NCBI GenBank assembly: GCA_024704765.1
Contig: JAKMXF010000365.1
Location: 682,001-746,000, forward strand
Origin: Oopsacas minuta
Lineage: Eukaryota > Animalia > Porifera
Direction: 5' to 3'
Length of the DNA: 64,000 nt
This document shows, piece after piece, positions 23,522 through 34,934 of the stretch. Numbering within the stretch: position 1 is the first letter of the stretch; every line of letters starts with the position of its first letter. The notes beneath the pieces were generated by a model that was not told the origin of the DNA, did no database searches, and was given only the letters and a program-made list of their open reading frames with translations. A program made the translations under genes and the position numbers.

Positions 23522-25220
23522 ATGTATCGAGTGCTGAGGACAAGAATCACTTCTTTTAAACTACTAAAGTCTAGCCGGTCTCTTCGTCTACTCAGTACTA
23601 CATCTCCTAACCCTCTTCCTAATCCCTGGCTTATAGGGGGAGTGTGTGCAGCAGTGCTAGGAGGTGGCATCATCTATTACAAATCAAGAGGCAGTACAGC
23701 TACACATGTGGATTCTATAGTACACCCATCTGTTGTGTCAGCTAAGTCAAGTCATCTCCCCTCTGAACCTGAGGAACCTGAGTATGATCCCGTAACCTCC
23801 AATCTCCCAGAACTCCCTGGATATGTACAGTACCTTCTAGTTGGAGGCGGTACAGCATCACAGACATGCGCTGAAGAAATATTGAAGAACGACCCAGGAG
23901 CTAAAATACTAATTATAACGGAGGAAGAGTATAGACCTTATCGACGACCTCCACTCAGTAAATATCTCTGGAATTCTGATGACAAGAATCTAATAAACAA
24001 TCTCAAATACGCATTTGGTCCTGACGAGTATCCTATCTTCTACAAATCTGCATCTTCATACTCTCCCCCCTCCCTCATAACAATAGACCCTCCCACTCCT
24101 GTCTTATCCCTATCTACAGGACACAGAGTTAAGGAAATAGACTCTGAGAATAAATATGTAACGCTAGCTAATGGATGGGAGATATTCTTCGATAAATGTT
24201 TGCTAGCTACCGGAGGTAAGCCAGGAAGTTTAAAGCTATTTTCAGATGACGTCATTAAACCATTCGTAAGCACTTATCGCAGTGCTAAAGACTTCTTAAC
24301 ATTAGTTGAGGGGGTGAGAGAGAAGGATGTCCTGCTTGTGGGAGGAGGATTCTTGGGTTCAGAGCTAGCTGTCTCTCTGGCACAGAAGAAGTCAAGAGGT
24401 CAATGTGGGAGGGTCCTACAAGTATACCCTGAGGCGGGGAACATGGGACTTGTGTTCCCCAAAGACTTATCCCGCTGGGCTACTGAGAAGGTGAAGCAAG
24501 AGGGAGTAGAGGTATATCCAGGAAACTATGTGGAGTCTGTGTACAAGTATAGAGGACGTATACATGCAGTGACGTCAGAAGGAGATGAACTGGTTGTAGA
24601 TAAAGTAGTTCTTGCTGTAGGTATACTGCCGTGTACTGAGTTAGCTGAATCTGGTAACTTTGAGGTTGATACAAAGTATGGAGGATATAAAGTAAGTAAA
24701 TAATACAAAGTCTATTTACATGCTATTACAGGTCTCTGAATAGGTTAACCAAGAGATGCAGATACGTAGTGATATATGGGCAGCAGGAGATGTAGCATGT
24801 TTCTACGATCCTCTATTAGGAAATAGGAGGGTGGAGCATCATGACCACGCAACTGTATCTGGTAAAATAGCCGGAGAGAACATGTCGCGGTCTGGAGCTA
24901 GAGTAAGCTATGACCATCAATCAATGTTTTGGTGTGATATAGGTAAGGACATAGCTTTTGAAGCTATAGGGTTGTGTGACTCATCTCTACCAGTTGTGAG
25001 TTTCTGGCGTACAAATGGCTACGCTAAGCCTGAAATATCTAAAACAGATTCGTATGGAAAGGGTTTGGTTTTCTATTTGAAAGAAGGGATTATTTCTGGA
25101 ATTATTTGTATGAATCTTAAGAATCGAATTTCAGCTGGAAGAGATATTTTATCAGAGAGATATACTGATGAAGATTTTGAAGAAGTTGTAAGGAAGATGA
25201 AGTTATTTGAGGATAAGTAA
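23522..25220 (+). CDS. AIFM1: Apoptosis-inducing factor, mitochondrial flavoprotein, 2 exons (intron 24692-24743)
   Basis: Transit peptide and TM segment, YLLVGGGTAS, RPYRRPPLSKYLW, KCLLATGG, VGGGFLGSELA, IWAAGDVACFYD, RRVEHHDHATVSGKIAGENM, YDHQSMFW. Confidence 0.95.
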
Positions 25221-25327
25221 CTTCTATAAATAGATCGTATCTATATCGATAAGTATACTTTATTAATTGTTATTACTTCTACGAGAATGTTCTGAATTGT
25301 AGCTCAACATTTCTTTATTCCTTAATT

Positions 25328-25449
25328 CAGCAGTTCCCAACCTGGGGTCTACGAGCACTTTGGTGGTCCACGGACAACAGCTGGGGTTCCATACAATGTG
25401 TTAAAATTGGTGTAGAGGGTCCACGGGTGGAAATGGTTGGAGATCGCTG
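25328..25449. mobile_element. hAT (Charlie-like) MITE, 122 bp
   Basis: TIRs CAGCAGTTCCCAACC / GGTTGGAGATCGCTG; flanks CCTTAATT / TGTTAATT (6/8) fit a decayed 8-bp TSD. Confidence 0.7.
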
Positions 25450-25536
25450 TGTTAATTGTTACTTAAGTACACACACAAATTTTGGGAACTATACGTACAA
25501 GGTTTATTAGAATTTTCTAAATACGTATACTAGAAC

Positions 25537-26277
25537 ATGTCTAACAGAGATGTAAATGGAGTACTCCGTGGTGCTTGTGCAGAATGTGAGTGTACAGAAT
25601 TCCTAGCTGGTGATAATGTGAGATGTGATACATGTGGACACGTGCCTAACAAACACTCAATTATGTCATCAAGTATAAAGGAGACTTTAGTTCAAACGAA
25701 TACATCACCCGTGATAGAACATGCACAACAGAATATCGTGGGATACTTAACCAATGCTACAATGCAAACAAATCATTCTATCAATACCAACCCATTTGAA
25801 ACTACATCAATTGAACCTCTTGATTTTCCAGTAAAAATGAATAATTTTGAATGCCAGTCTATGCCTATAACAACTGGAGATTATAGTAATATTGATGTGA
25901 GAGGAGTAACACGTGGCAGTTGTACACAATGTGAGTGTGTAATGTATCAGAGACCTACTCAAGGATTTAAATGCTCATCATGTTATCATCCTCCTATTAA
26001 ACACACAGGAGTGTCTTCTACACAAATCCTCTCATCTTCTCAACCTCTCCAGTCTTTGAATAATTTTAAAGATACAAATCAATCCAAGATATCGACCAAG
26101 GTTAATATCACCCCAACTACCCCACAAGGTGTTAACAATACTCATCATGTGATGACGTCATTCAAATCTGATCCTCCTGATGTAGTTTCTGTATCAGCTG
26201 ATAATTCACTTATCGTGCCAACAGGTCAGCCGGTTAAGATCACCATTGAGATAAATATCGTCCCCATGACAAAATGA
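25537..26277 (+). CDS. Uncharacterised 246-aa protein with two Cys5-His2 motifs
   Basis: Intronless ORF with ATG; two copies of D-x2-G-x2-RG-x-C-x2-C-x-C-x2-[FY]-x7-8-C-x2-C-x-H-x-P-x2-H separated by S/T/N-rich linkers. Confidence 0.75.
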   Translation: MSNRDVNGVLRGACAECECTEFLAGDNVRCDTCGHVPNKHSIMSSSIKETLVQTNTSPVIEHAQQNIVGYLTNATMQTNHSINTNPFETTSIEPLDFPVKMNNFECQSMPITTGDYSNIDVRGVTRGSCTQCECVMYQRPTQGFKCSSCYHPPIKHTGVSSTQILSSSQPLQSLNNFKDTNQSKISTKVNITPTTPQGVNNTHHVMTSFKSDPPDVVSVSADNSLIVPTGQPVKITIEINIVPMTK

Positions 26278-26565
26278 TATTTTCATAGAATTTAATTTTC
26301 GACTCAACCGATGATTAGTAATGTTGTGTTGTGCATTATGGATAATTTGTATATTTTGTGATGTGTAATCACTCCTTTCTTTCTGTTTCCTTTCCAGTAA
26401 TAATAATTCCATTAAGTTTTTTTACGTTAAAATTTTCAAAAAATGAAAATTTTATTACAAATACAGTCGATGCAAAGATTTGGACATAATTCTCCGATTT
26501 AGACTATACGCACAATAGTATTGTTATTCTATATTTCTATTAACTAAAAAATTAGTTTTTTTAGG

Positions 26566-27318
26566 ATGTCTAATATTGACTCTCATGGAATAAAACGAGG
26601 GAGGTGTGAATTAAATGATTGTAATTGTAAGGAATTCGTAAAAAGTGATTCAGGTATCAAATGTGAGGGATGTAAACATGTCCCTGTTAAGCATATAGAA
26701 ATAGACCCCAAACCTACTTCAGGAGCAACACAGAGTACATTAAATCAATCACAGATCGCTGTCCCACCCCCTCAGCCTTTTATCACTCCTAATCAACCCA
26801 TACAATATACTCAACAAGCCGTACACGATATCCCTCAACAACCTATGTACCAAACTAACAATATGCCGAATCAAGGCAATATACCTTACCTACCAGCTGG
26901 TAAGAACATTTATTATACTGCAAATTATTAAATACCCGATTTGTATTAACAGTAAACTAGTACATAATCTTTATACATCTTAGATTTTCCTCCGTACAAC
27001 ATGCAACAATTCCATCAGGACCAGCAAATATTTCATCAACAACAACAACAATTTCAAGAACAACAACGTATACAGCACCAATATACGATAGGAAATGTAC
27101 GATGCAGTTTGTGTGGATTTTTTTATCCCGAGCTAGCAGGTGCTTGTGTACAATGTCATCCTCGTGATTTCTGTAAAATTTGTAATCATAAACCTGTATT
27201 TATGGATCTTAGTATGACTCCTGAGCTTCAGAAGTTTGTATACTGTTCCCCTGAATGTAGGAACATTGATCTTCCTTATCTTGATAAAGAAGCTGGGTTA
27301 CAACAAGATACCTCGTAA
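26566..27318 (+). CDS. Uncharacterised ~222-aa protein: one Cys5-His2 motif, P/Q-rich linker, C-terminal C4 zinc-finger-like motifs; intron 26900-26983
   Basis: G|GTAAGA...TTAG splice keeps the frame (PAD|FPPYNMQQ); C-terminal CSLCGFF..ACVQC and CKICNHKP..YCSPEC. Confidence 0.72.
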
Positions 27319-27493
27319 GAACATACGTAGTATAATATTCTGGGATAAACTAATCTTAGATTTGTAACTAATAGAATTATTATTTCATAAATACATGTTT
27401 AAAATATTAAGCTCTTTCTGATGGTTAAACATATATTGAAGTATTTATTACTATATTATTATATCTAATAATTAAAGTGTACGGTATAATGTA

Positions 27494-27673
27494 CAGTCAA
27501 CTCCTGTTATATCGAACACGGATAAATCGAACTACCCGCTTATATAGAAGTGTAAATTTGTACAATTATGGTCCCGAAATGTTTCTGAAAATCATCAAAG
27601 CAACACAAATTACATCGGTCAAATCGAAGTAATTATCGGGGTCCGTTGAGCTTCGATATGACAGAGTTGACTG
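27494..27673. mobile_element. Family-1 pogo-type MITE (180 bp), best-preserved copy, just upstream of the UBE2Z ATG
   Basis: TA|CAGTCAACTCCTGTTATATCGAA ... TTCGATATGACAGAGTTGACTG|TA. Confidence 0.9.
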
Positions 27674-27712
27674 TATATTTAGAATTATTTTAGCATTTAG
27701 CATTCTTAGCCA

Positions 27713-30379
27713 ATGGCCTCTGTTATAAAACTTCGAGAGGACTGGGATCCTGACAAACACTCTTCTGGACTAAATCCCAACACTGTGTGTGTATCTCGTA
27801 TAAGGAGGTTTGTAAATAAATAAATATACATACGACTCATTGGTACTTATCGTTATATTTATTTGATATTCTTAGAGATCTGAGTAGTCTTCTAAAAGAC
27901 CCTCTATCCGGTATACTTGTTATTCCAGATCAAGATGACATAACTAAGGTCAATACATATTCTATCTATACATTATTATTATTATTACGAGCCATTGGCT
28001 CGTCGCTTCGCGATGAACTCAGCGCATTGCACCTCGAGGTATTCAACGGACAAACAAACAGACAAACAACAATTGAGATTTAATATTATTGATGTTGTTT
28101 ACAATATTCAGACTCAGCATACTCGAGTTATACCAGTATAGTCGTTTAAAGTATGATTATACCTCAATTTTTAAATTTGTTTACTTTATATTCTTAAAAA
28201 CAACAAAAAGTTTACATATGACAAACTTGAAAATGCGAAATTTGGATTCAACGTACTTAGTTACCCCTGGGCACCCGTTTAGAGCAAGCCTGTACGTATA
28301 TTTTTTCCACCGTGTTCCAACATGGTGGAACACGGAAAATATACCGAGTATGCTGAGTCTGAATACTATAAACAACATCAATATTACTAAGTCTCATTGT
28401 TGTTTGTCTGTTGAATACCTCGAGGCGCAATGCGCCGAGTTCATCGCGAAGCGACGAGCCAAAGGCTCGTTTGACTAATAAATTACAATCTAGATCAAAT
28501 AGTATATATCTAAAGAAATACTATATATGGTAATACTGCATCATCTCATGTCAGGTCCTCAGCACGACTTTTCAGGTCCCCAGAACGCAAAACCTATGAG
28601 AAGTATACACTGCTTCCCAGGGGCGTCAGGTTGGCCAAAATAGTGGGGGGGCCGTTGTACTCACTACTCATTTTACTTGTAACTACACAAATTATAATGA
28701 ATTATTATTATTATTTATTATTATTAGTTTCTTGGTTGTAACCTCTGTATTGTCCGGTAGCCAGATGAATGTACTCGTAACAGGTCCATGTGAGACTCCA
28801 TACGAGAAGGGATTCTTCCACTTTTTCATGAGGATGCCTTATAACTATCCTATTCATCCTCCACGGGTTAAATTCCTCACTACTGGAGCTGGTTCAGTCA
28901 GGTTTAACCCAAATCTCTATGCTAATGGGAAAGTATGTCTCTCTATTCTAGGGTAAGTCAATAAGAAGCCAAATATTTTCATGATATAATTTCTAAAATT
29001 ATCACACAACATAAAGATCAACATTATAGAAATAATACAATTACCCTTAATCTAAAAAATCTACATACATGCCACTGTCCTACTACCTAATACAGGTGTT
29101 TGTACTTCCTTTACATGTGTAGCCATTAGGACAGCAATGCTTCATATCAGGACAACAAACAGCTGATTCAAATCCACAACATTGCCATGTACCAGATGTA
29201 TCTTTACAACATGTACTGCCTCCACTACATTCTGATTTATTACCTGGACATACCACATTTTGTAGAGTAGGATAAAGATCCATCGTTTTATCTGTGCAAA
29301 TTCCATTGAGACAAGATTTATCAGATTTCTGAGAGCCAAAAGTGATTCCCATTATTATAAAATTAACCATCAGTAGAAGTATCAGAAATCTACCCATTCT
29401 AAATGGAAATCAATGCATTAGTTAATACGTAATAGAATTGTATTACTATATTATTTACATAAGAAACATTCTCGTTGTCTGATATTATTATATGTAGAAC
29501 ATGGAGTGGACCAGGCTGGACACCTGCACAGAACGTAACCTCAGTTGTATTATCAATTCAGTCTCTTATGTGCGAAAAACCTTACCATAATGAGCCAGGA
29601 TATGAATTTGTAAGTATACTAATACAAATTTATTCTAGACAAACAGCTGGATACATATTTTGTTAATAAATCCATAAAATAAGTATTTTTAGGTATCTTA
29701 ATTATAACATATTATGCATTATCAAATGTACTATAATTAGGAGAGGAATAAAGATGATGTCCGTAATTACAATATAGTTATCTACCATGAAACCTTACGA
29801 GTTGGTGTGTGTGATGTTTTAGAGGGGAAGCATCCACTCCCTCCCAACATGATGTAAGTTTATACATACAAATAATGCTGTTCTAGCATTTTCTTAGCTA
29901 AAAAGGTCATTTTAACATGTTAGAATGTGCTATTTATTATAGTGATGTTGTGTCTGACTCGTTCATTGATTTCTATGACTATTACATGGCAAAGATAGAC
30001 GAGTTAATGGTATATCAAGGAAAACCTTTCAGGGTAAGTTAATTAGTTTATAGAAATAGTGTGTATGTATAAAATAATATCTCTTTCGTCTCACATAAAT
30101 CCAGGTCCTATAATTGAGATTCCCAGCCCTTTTCACTAGTGACCCCCTGCTGTCGTCGGGTGGATCTCAGGTTGGGAACTGATGCCCTAAGTATTGGTGT
30201 GTCTAAAATCTCACTAACTAGTATATGATATTATAATATTATTCTCTTCTTAGGATCCACATGGGTTTAACCGTGGAACTTTCAATTTTATCCATATAAG
30301 GGAGAGAATGGGGAAAATATTCAAATCAATTCAGAAGAAGAATGCGAAAGCGAAGGAAGTTATTGTAATAGATGACTAA
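27713..30379 (+). CDS. UBE2Z: Ubiquitin-conjugating enzyme E2 Z (USE1), 7 exons
   Basis: WDP..SRIRR|DLSSLLKDP..|[56 protein letters not shown]|[33 protein letters not shown]; stop at 30377-30379. Confidence 0.93.
27987..28470. mobile_element. Foldback-type non-autonomous element with ~130-145 bp inverted arms in UBE2Z intron 2
   Basis: Left arm ACGAGCCATTGGCTCGTCGCTTCGCGATGAACTC..CAGACTCAGCATACTCG is the near-perfect reverse complement of the right arm CGAGTATGCTGAGTCTG..GAGTTCATCGCGAAGCGACGAGCCAAAGGCTCGT; the left flank is an (ATT)n tract. Confidence 0.88.
29083..29397 (-). CDS. Secreted single-domain granulin/epithelin peptide, nested antisense in UBE2Z intron 3
   Basis: 104 aa: hydrophobic signal peptide, then a complete 12-Cys granulin pattern C-x6-C-x5-CC-x8-CC-x6-CC-x5-CC-x5-C-x6-C ([36 protein letters not shown]). 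Confidence 0.9.
   Translation of the reverse strand: MGRFLILLLMVNFIIMGITFGSQKSDKSCLNGICTDKTMDLYPTLQNVVCPGNKSECSGGSTCCKDTSGTWQCCGFESAVCCPDMKHCCPNGYTCKGSTNTCIR
30111..30184. mobile_element. Degraded hAT-MITE relic related to 25328-25449, in a UBE2Z intron
   Basis: Right end GGTTGGGAACTGATG matches the CAGCAGTTCCCAACC TIR; the left end is only weakly similar. Confidence 0.35.
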
Positions 30380-30590
30380 CTAACAAACAACTTGTAGTAT
30401 ATGAGAGATTGGAGCATTATTCTAGATTTTCTTATCTTTATTCTTACAATACTGTAAACATATAAGGTATACGAGTAATGAACATTCATGATTCTTGAGA
30501 TTTGATTCTTCTATTACACACCTGTCTTACGTACTAAAAGTCAGTTAGAAAATGAATATTCGTTCATTTACTAAACACCAGAACTAAATA

Positions 30591-31000
30591 TAGTCAACTC
30601 TTGTTATAGCGTATCGTTTCTCGTTTATATAGAAATTGACAAATATGAACCCAAACCAAACAGTAGACCCTCGATTATCTGAACAGCAGGAAGCATATTT
30701 TATCTGTTATCGGGGCTTCTGACAACTCAAGTACTCATTTTTCGAACGATGTTGTGATATTATGAATATAGTATTTGTATTAAAATGCCGTTAAATATTC
30801 CAAATTTCAAATTCCTAACTTTCATACATCCATCCTCATTCTGTCAAATTCATACATCAAAATACACTATTTCAGTTATCCGAACACCAAACTTGAAATT
30901 CAAAGACTAAGGTATACTGTAACATAAATTCCATCGGTTACAAAAAAATTCACAATAATTATCTCGGACCCTTGAGGTTCGATATAACGGGAGTTGACTG
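30591..31000. mobile_element. Family-1 pogo-type MITE, long copy (410 bp) with an internal second TIR-like segment
   Basis: TA|TAGTCAACTCTTGTTATA ... TTCGATATAACGGGAGTTGACTG|TA; internal CAGTAGACCCTCGATTATCTGAAC at 30661 resembles the end of another pogo/Tigger element. Confidence 0.8.
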
Positions 31001-31059
31001 TAATTTATAAAATAAAATCGAACTTAAGAGAAGTGATGTATTAATACTATACTAATAGA

Positions 31060-33328
31060 ATGTTTTCCCTATCAAAGAGTGTACTTAGAGCCAGACTTAG
31101 CCGTTACGTATCTACATCAACAACTAGTACTACTATTCCTGCCGGTAGTGTAAAGCGGAAACAAATAATTGTTAAGAGTTCAGACAAAATACGAAGAGAT
31201 GCATTAAAGAACATAACACGAGTAGATAACTATATTTCTATCACAAGGAGAGATCTGTTCACTGCGCTTATTAACAAAAACAATTTTATGTCTCAAAACG
31301 AGCAGAAACTATTGAATCAGCTGGTAGGTGGAATGCAACACTCTTTGATACAGAAAATGAATTCTACACACGAAAATATGAAAGAAATGTAATACATCTA
31401 TCTATATATTGTAAATTATAGAATATGAATATACGTACTTATTAGGTACGATTATTTGAATCCAGATAAAGATACGTATGCATCACGTCACTTATCCCAG
31501 CAGGAGAGGATCGGACAGGAGGCTAGCCTCTTACAGGATCTTTCTAGGATCTTGAGTATGGCAAATTTCAGAGAAATCCCTAAAGGTTCTATGAATATAT
31601 TGCTACAGCCTCATGATACAAAGGGTGTACTTGTCTCAGTTAATACAAAAGAGCTAACTACATGTAGAATGTGGGTACGTGGATGGGCTCAGGACGTTCT
31701 CAGCGACAAGTTAGTTAGACTATAAATATAAGTAATAAATTCCCTAATAAGTATCCTATATATACCCTATGATGTAATATTGTACTATAGATCTGTTATA
31801 AACTTGTTACGTCATAAGATGTCAGGATGGCTTGGCTTGAGAGCTCAAGAGAGAGAGCAGGGTACAGTTAACGCATCTAGGCTAGTACTCGTTATACGTA
31901 AGGCTAGTGATAGGAAGCTATTACTCAAGGCATTCAAGGATGTAGATTTAATGCGGATAGAGGAACTATTACCTAATGCTAAGGTCAGGATGAAGGATTT
32001 TGATAAGAAGATACAGATTGGCATAATATCCCTTGGAGCTGTTAGCCTACTACTTAAGGTATTTGTATGTTTATAAATGCCAGTATTACTCAGTAATAAT
32101 ACTTAAGGGAAATTATACTTGTGCGATAATTATCTCGCTTCAGATATCATAGAGATAGCAGAATTCTAACGATTCTATAGTCGCTGTCACGAGTGGTTAA
32201 TTTAGCCATCTAAACATAGGAAATAGCACAAAATGAAGCCCGATAATCTTGTGCTGAACTACATAGATAGACATCTATCAATTCTTGCATGGATTTTATG
32301 GGTTTGAACTGAATAAGGTCAAATTTCAATCTTAATAAAAGCCGAAATTGCGTAAAACAAAGCTTTGGAATTAAGTAAATTGGCAATGAAAGGCTAATCT
32401 GCTACTCAACTACTACCATGTTACACTCAATCTAATCTAATCCTTAAAACCCTGCAAGTATACTTACAATTGAATTTTACATTATTACAAATGAACTCAT
32501 AATATCATGATCCTTAATTCCTGAATAAAAACTCGAATTAAATTCAATTGAAGCAAACAATACACTGATCCCTATAGGACCTTTATTCTTTTTTACCGGC
32601 CTTATTCTAGTTGTATCATTTGTATTCAGTATCTGGTGCTTGGATCTACTCCACTCAGTGCTTCGTGGACACTCCTAATTATCGGTGGAATTGTTCTCAG
32701 TCGCACTTGGTTTGGCTACACGAACAAGCGGAACGCTTATCTGGTAAAGTTGATGCAGACTCTGTATTACAATAACCTTGCAAACAATAACGGAGTTATC
32801 GCATACTTAACAGACAGAGCAATAGATGAGCGTTTGAAACAGTTAATGCTAGCATACTGCTTCTTACTATGTGTTCCTAATAGGAGAGGAGTAATGGGTA
32901 CTTCACATACTATGCTGCCTCCTAAGTACTATGATACAACAAGTGAGTTATCAATTAATATGCTATGGAAATTTTGCAATTTGATTATTTTATAGAACTC
33001 AAAACAACAATAGAGGATTGGGTATTATCACAGTTTGAAATAAAGATAGATTTTGATATTGAAGATGCCCTGAGGGACCTCTCAGATGTTGGAATTTTGA
33101 AGTAAGTAAAGATATTTATAAAACTCAAAATTATTCATTGATTGTCTATAATAGACAAATAGAAATGCAGTAGTGAATATATTGAAACTGATCGTACCTT
33201 TGACATGTTAATTTTCTAGGGACATACGAGGAGAGTTGATTGTAAGTCCAATAGAAGAGTCATTAAACATTCTTCCTAAGCCCCTCTATGAGTGGAGTGA
33301 GCGGGACAGGACAGGTTTAGAGCTATGA
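31060..33328 (+). CDS. TMEM143: Transmembrane protein 143 (DUF3754), multi-exon
   Basis: LLLKAFKDVDLMRIEELLPNAKVRM, two hydrophobic segments, YYNNLANNNGVIAYLTDRAIDERLKQLMLAYCFL, then IDFDIEDALRDL; frame-consistent splicing to a stop at 33326-33328. Confidence 0.82.
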
Positions 33329-33790
33329 ACTGTTAAATTGTAATATTCATTTAGGTAAATGCATACGAAAAATACATATATCTCATATTAAAATATTAAA
33401 ACAGGAATTATTTTGTATATATTAATGTTGAAATACGCATTCAACTTCAATTAATAATATTTACTGATTTCTAACCCACAATATCACTTTCAGCGGAGAT
33501 AATAACTCGCACTCTTAAATAGATGAAATATTCGTGTCCTAACACACGATACATTGTAAGACAAGGTACCCACATTGAACATAAGTTTTCACGCTAGGAG
33601 AATATATATATGCATTAATCAAACAATACGAATGTGTGCAGAATTGTAATTCCATTGTATAAAGATGAATAGAATAAAGTTCAATTAATTATTATCCGAG
33701 GCTATATTGATAAATCAAATTTTTCTCAATCTTTCTATAAATCTCACAATCTATCATTTAATTACTAGCAAATATACTCAGAAAATTCAG

Positions 33791-34934
33791 ATGTATATTA
33801 ATTCAATTCAACCACTCTTCATAACCCTGTTACTTATCCTGACATACAATTATACAGAAGCCAAGATATTCCTCTGGTTATACGATAATTCTACACATCT
33901 CAATCGTCTCTCTGCCAGTATCAACAGTATAGAATTGACAAGTATAGGAGAACCTCTACCCAGAGGGGGGATAAGAGGTACTATGTACCTCCCATACCCT
34001 AGGAGGTCATGTAACAGAATAATGGAGCCAACTAACATTACGCGACTAAAGAAAATAGCACTCATAGACTCTACAGAGTGTGATATAGTGTCTCATATAT
34101 ATTATCTGCAATTAGCAGGCTACTCAGCTGTTATACTCCCACAGGAATATTACTCCCCTAGACTGGTAAGAGAGAATTCTGACGCCTCAAAGATAACCGT
34201 TAGTGTAGTACAGATCAATTATGCAGGTATAGAGAATCTGTTGAACTACGCTTATGAGGATGAGAATAAGACTTATGCGTGGGACCCTAAGCTATCTGAG
34301 GCGAGTTTGTAGTATTACATTACGTCTATGTACTTATAAGTATTTATCAAATTTCTATTTAATTACTTTCCAATAGGTCGTACTATTGCCAACAGATTTC
34401 AACTGGCAGGCTCTACTGCTGAGTTTTGGTATAGTCCTAGCAGTATCTCTCTTTACAATAACCTGCTTCTCTGTACTCAAGCTATTCTTCAATATCTGTA
34501 AACGTGTACAGAGAAGTTTAAAGCGTCCAATAGTAAGACGTATACCCACACGTCGTTACAACACACAAGCAGAGTTATATGAGAAATGTCCCATCTGCTT
34601 AGACGATTTCTTCTCAGGACTTATAGTTAAACAGTTACCCTGTAATCATATATACCACATAAAGTGTATTGACCAGTGGTTATCACTTGACCACTACATA
34701 TGTCCTCTCTGTAAGCAAGACATAACTATACAGAATCAGGCTACACGACAACCTGAACTATTCGAGCGTACTCCCCTGATACCAGTTACACAACAGAGTG
34801 CTGCAAATAGAGCAGTTGATGTACAACGAAATGATAATGATATATCTATAGCTCCTCCAGATGGTGGGAGTAGGACAGAGATTCTAGCCAATAGGCTTCA
34901 AGATGATTTCAGAAATTATCAGAGTGTGCCTTGA
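33791..34934 (+). CDS. PA-TM-RING-H2 E3 ligase (RNF13/RNF167/Godzilla family), 2 exons
   Basis: Signal peptide, PA domain (IALIDSTECDIVSHIYYLQLAGYSAVI), TM segment, RING-H2 CPICLDDF..LPCNHIYHIKCIDQWL..CPLCK; inferred GC-AG intron 34301-34376. Confidence 0.88.
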
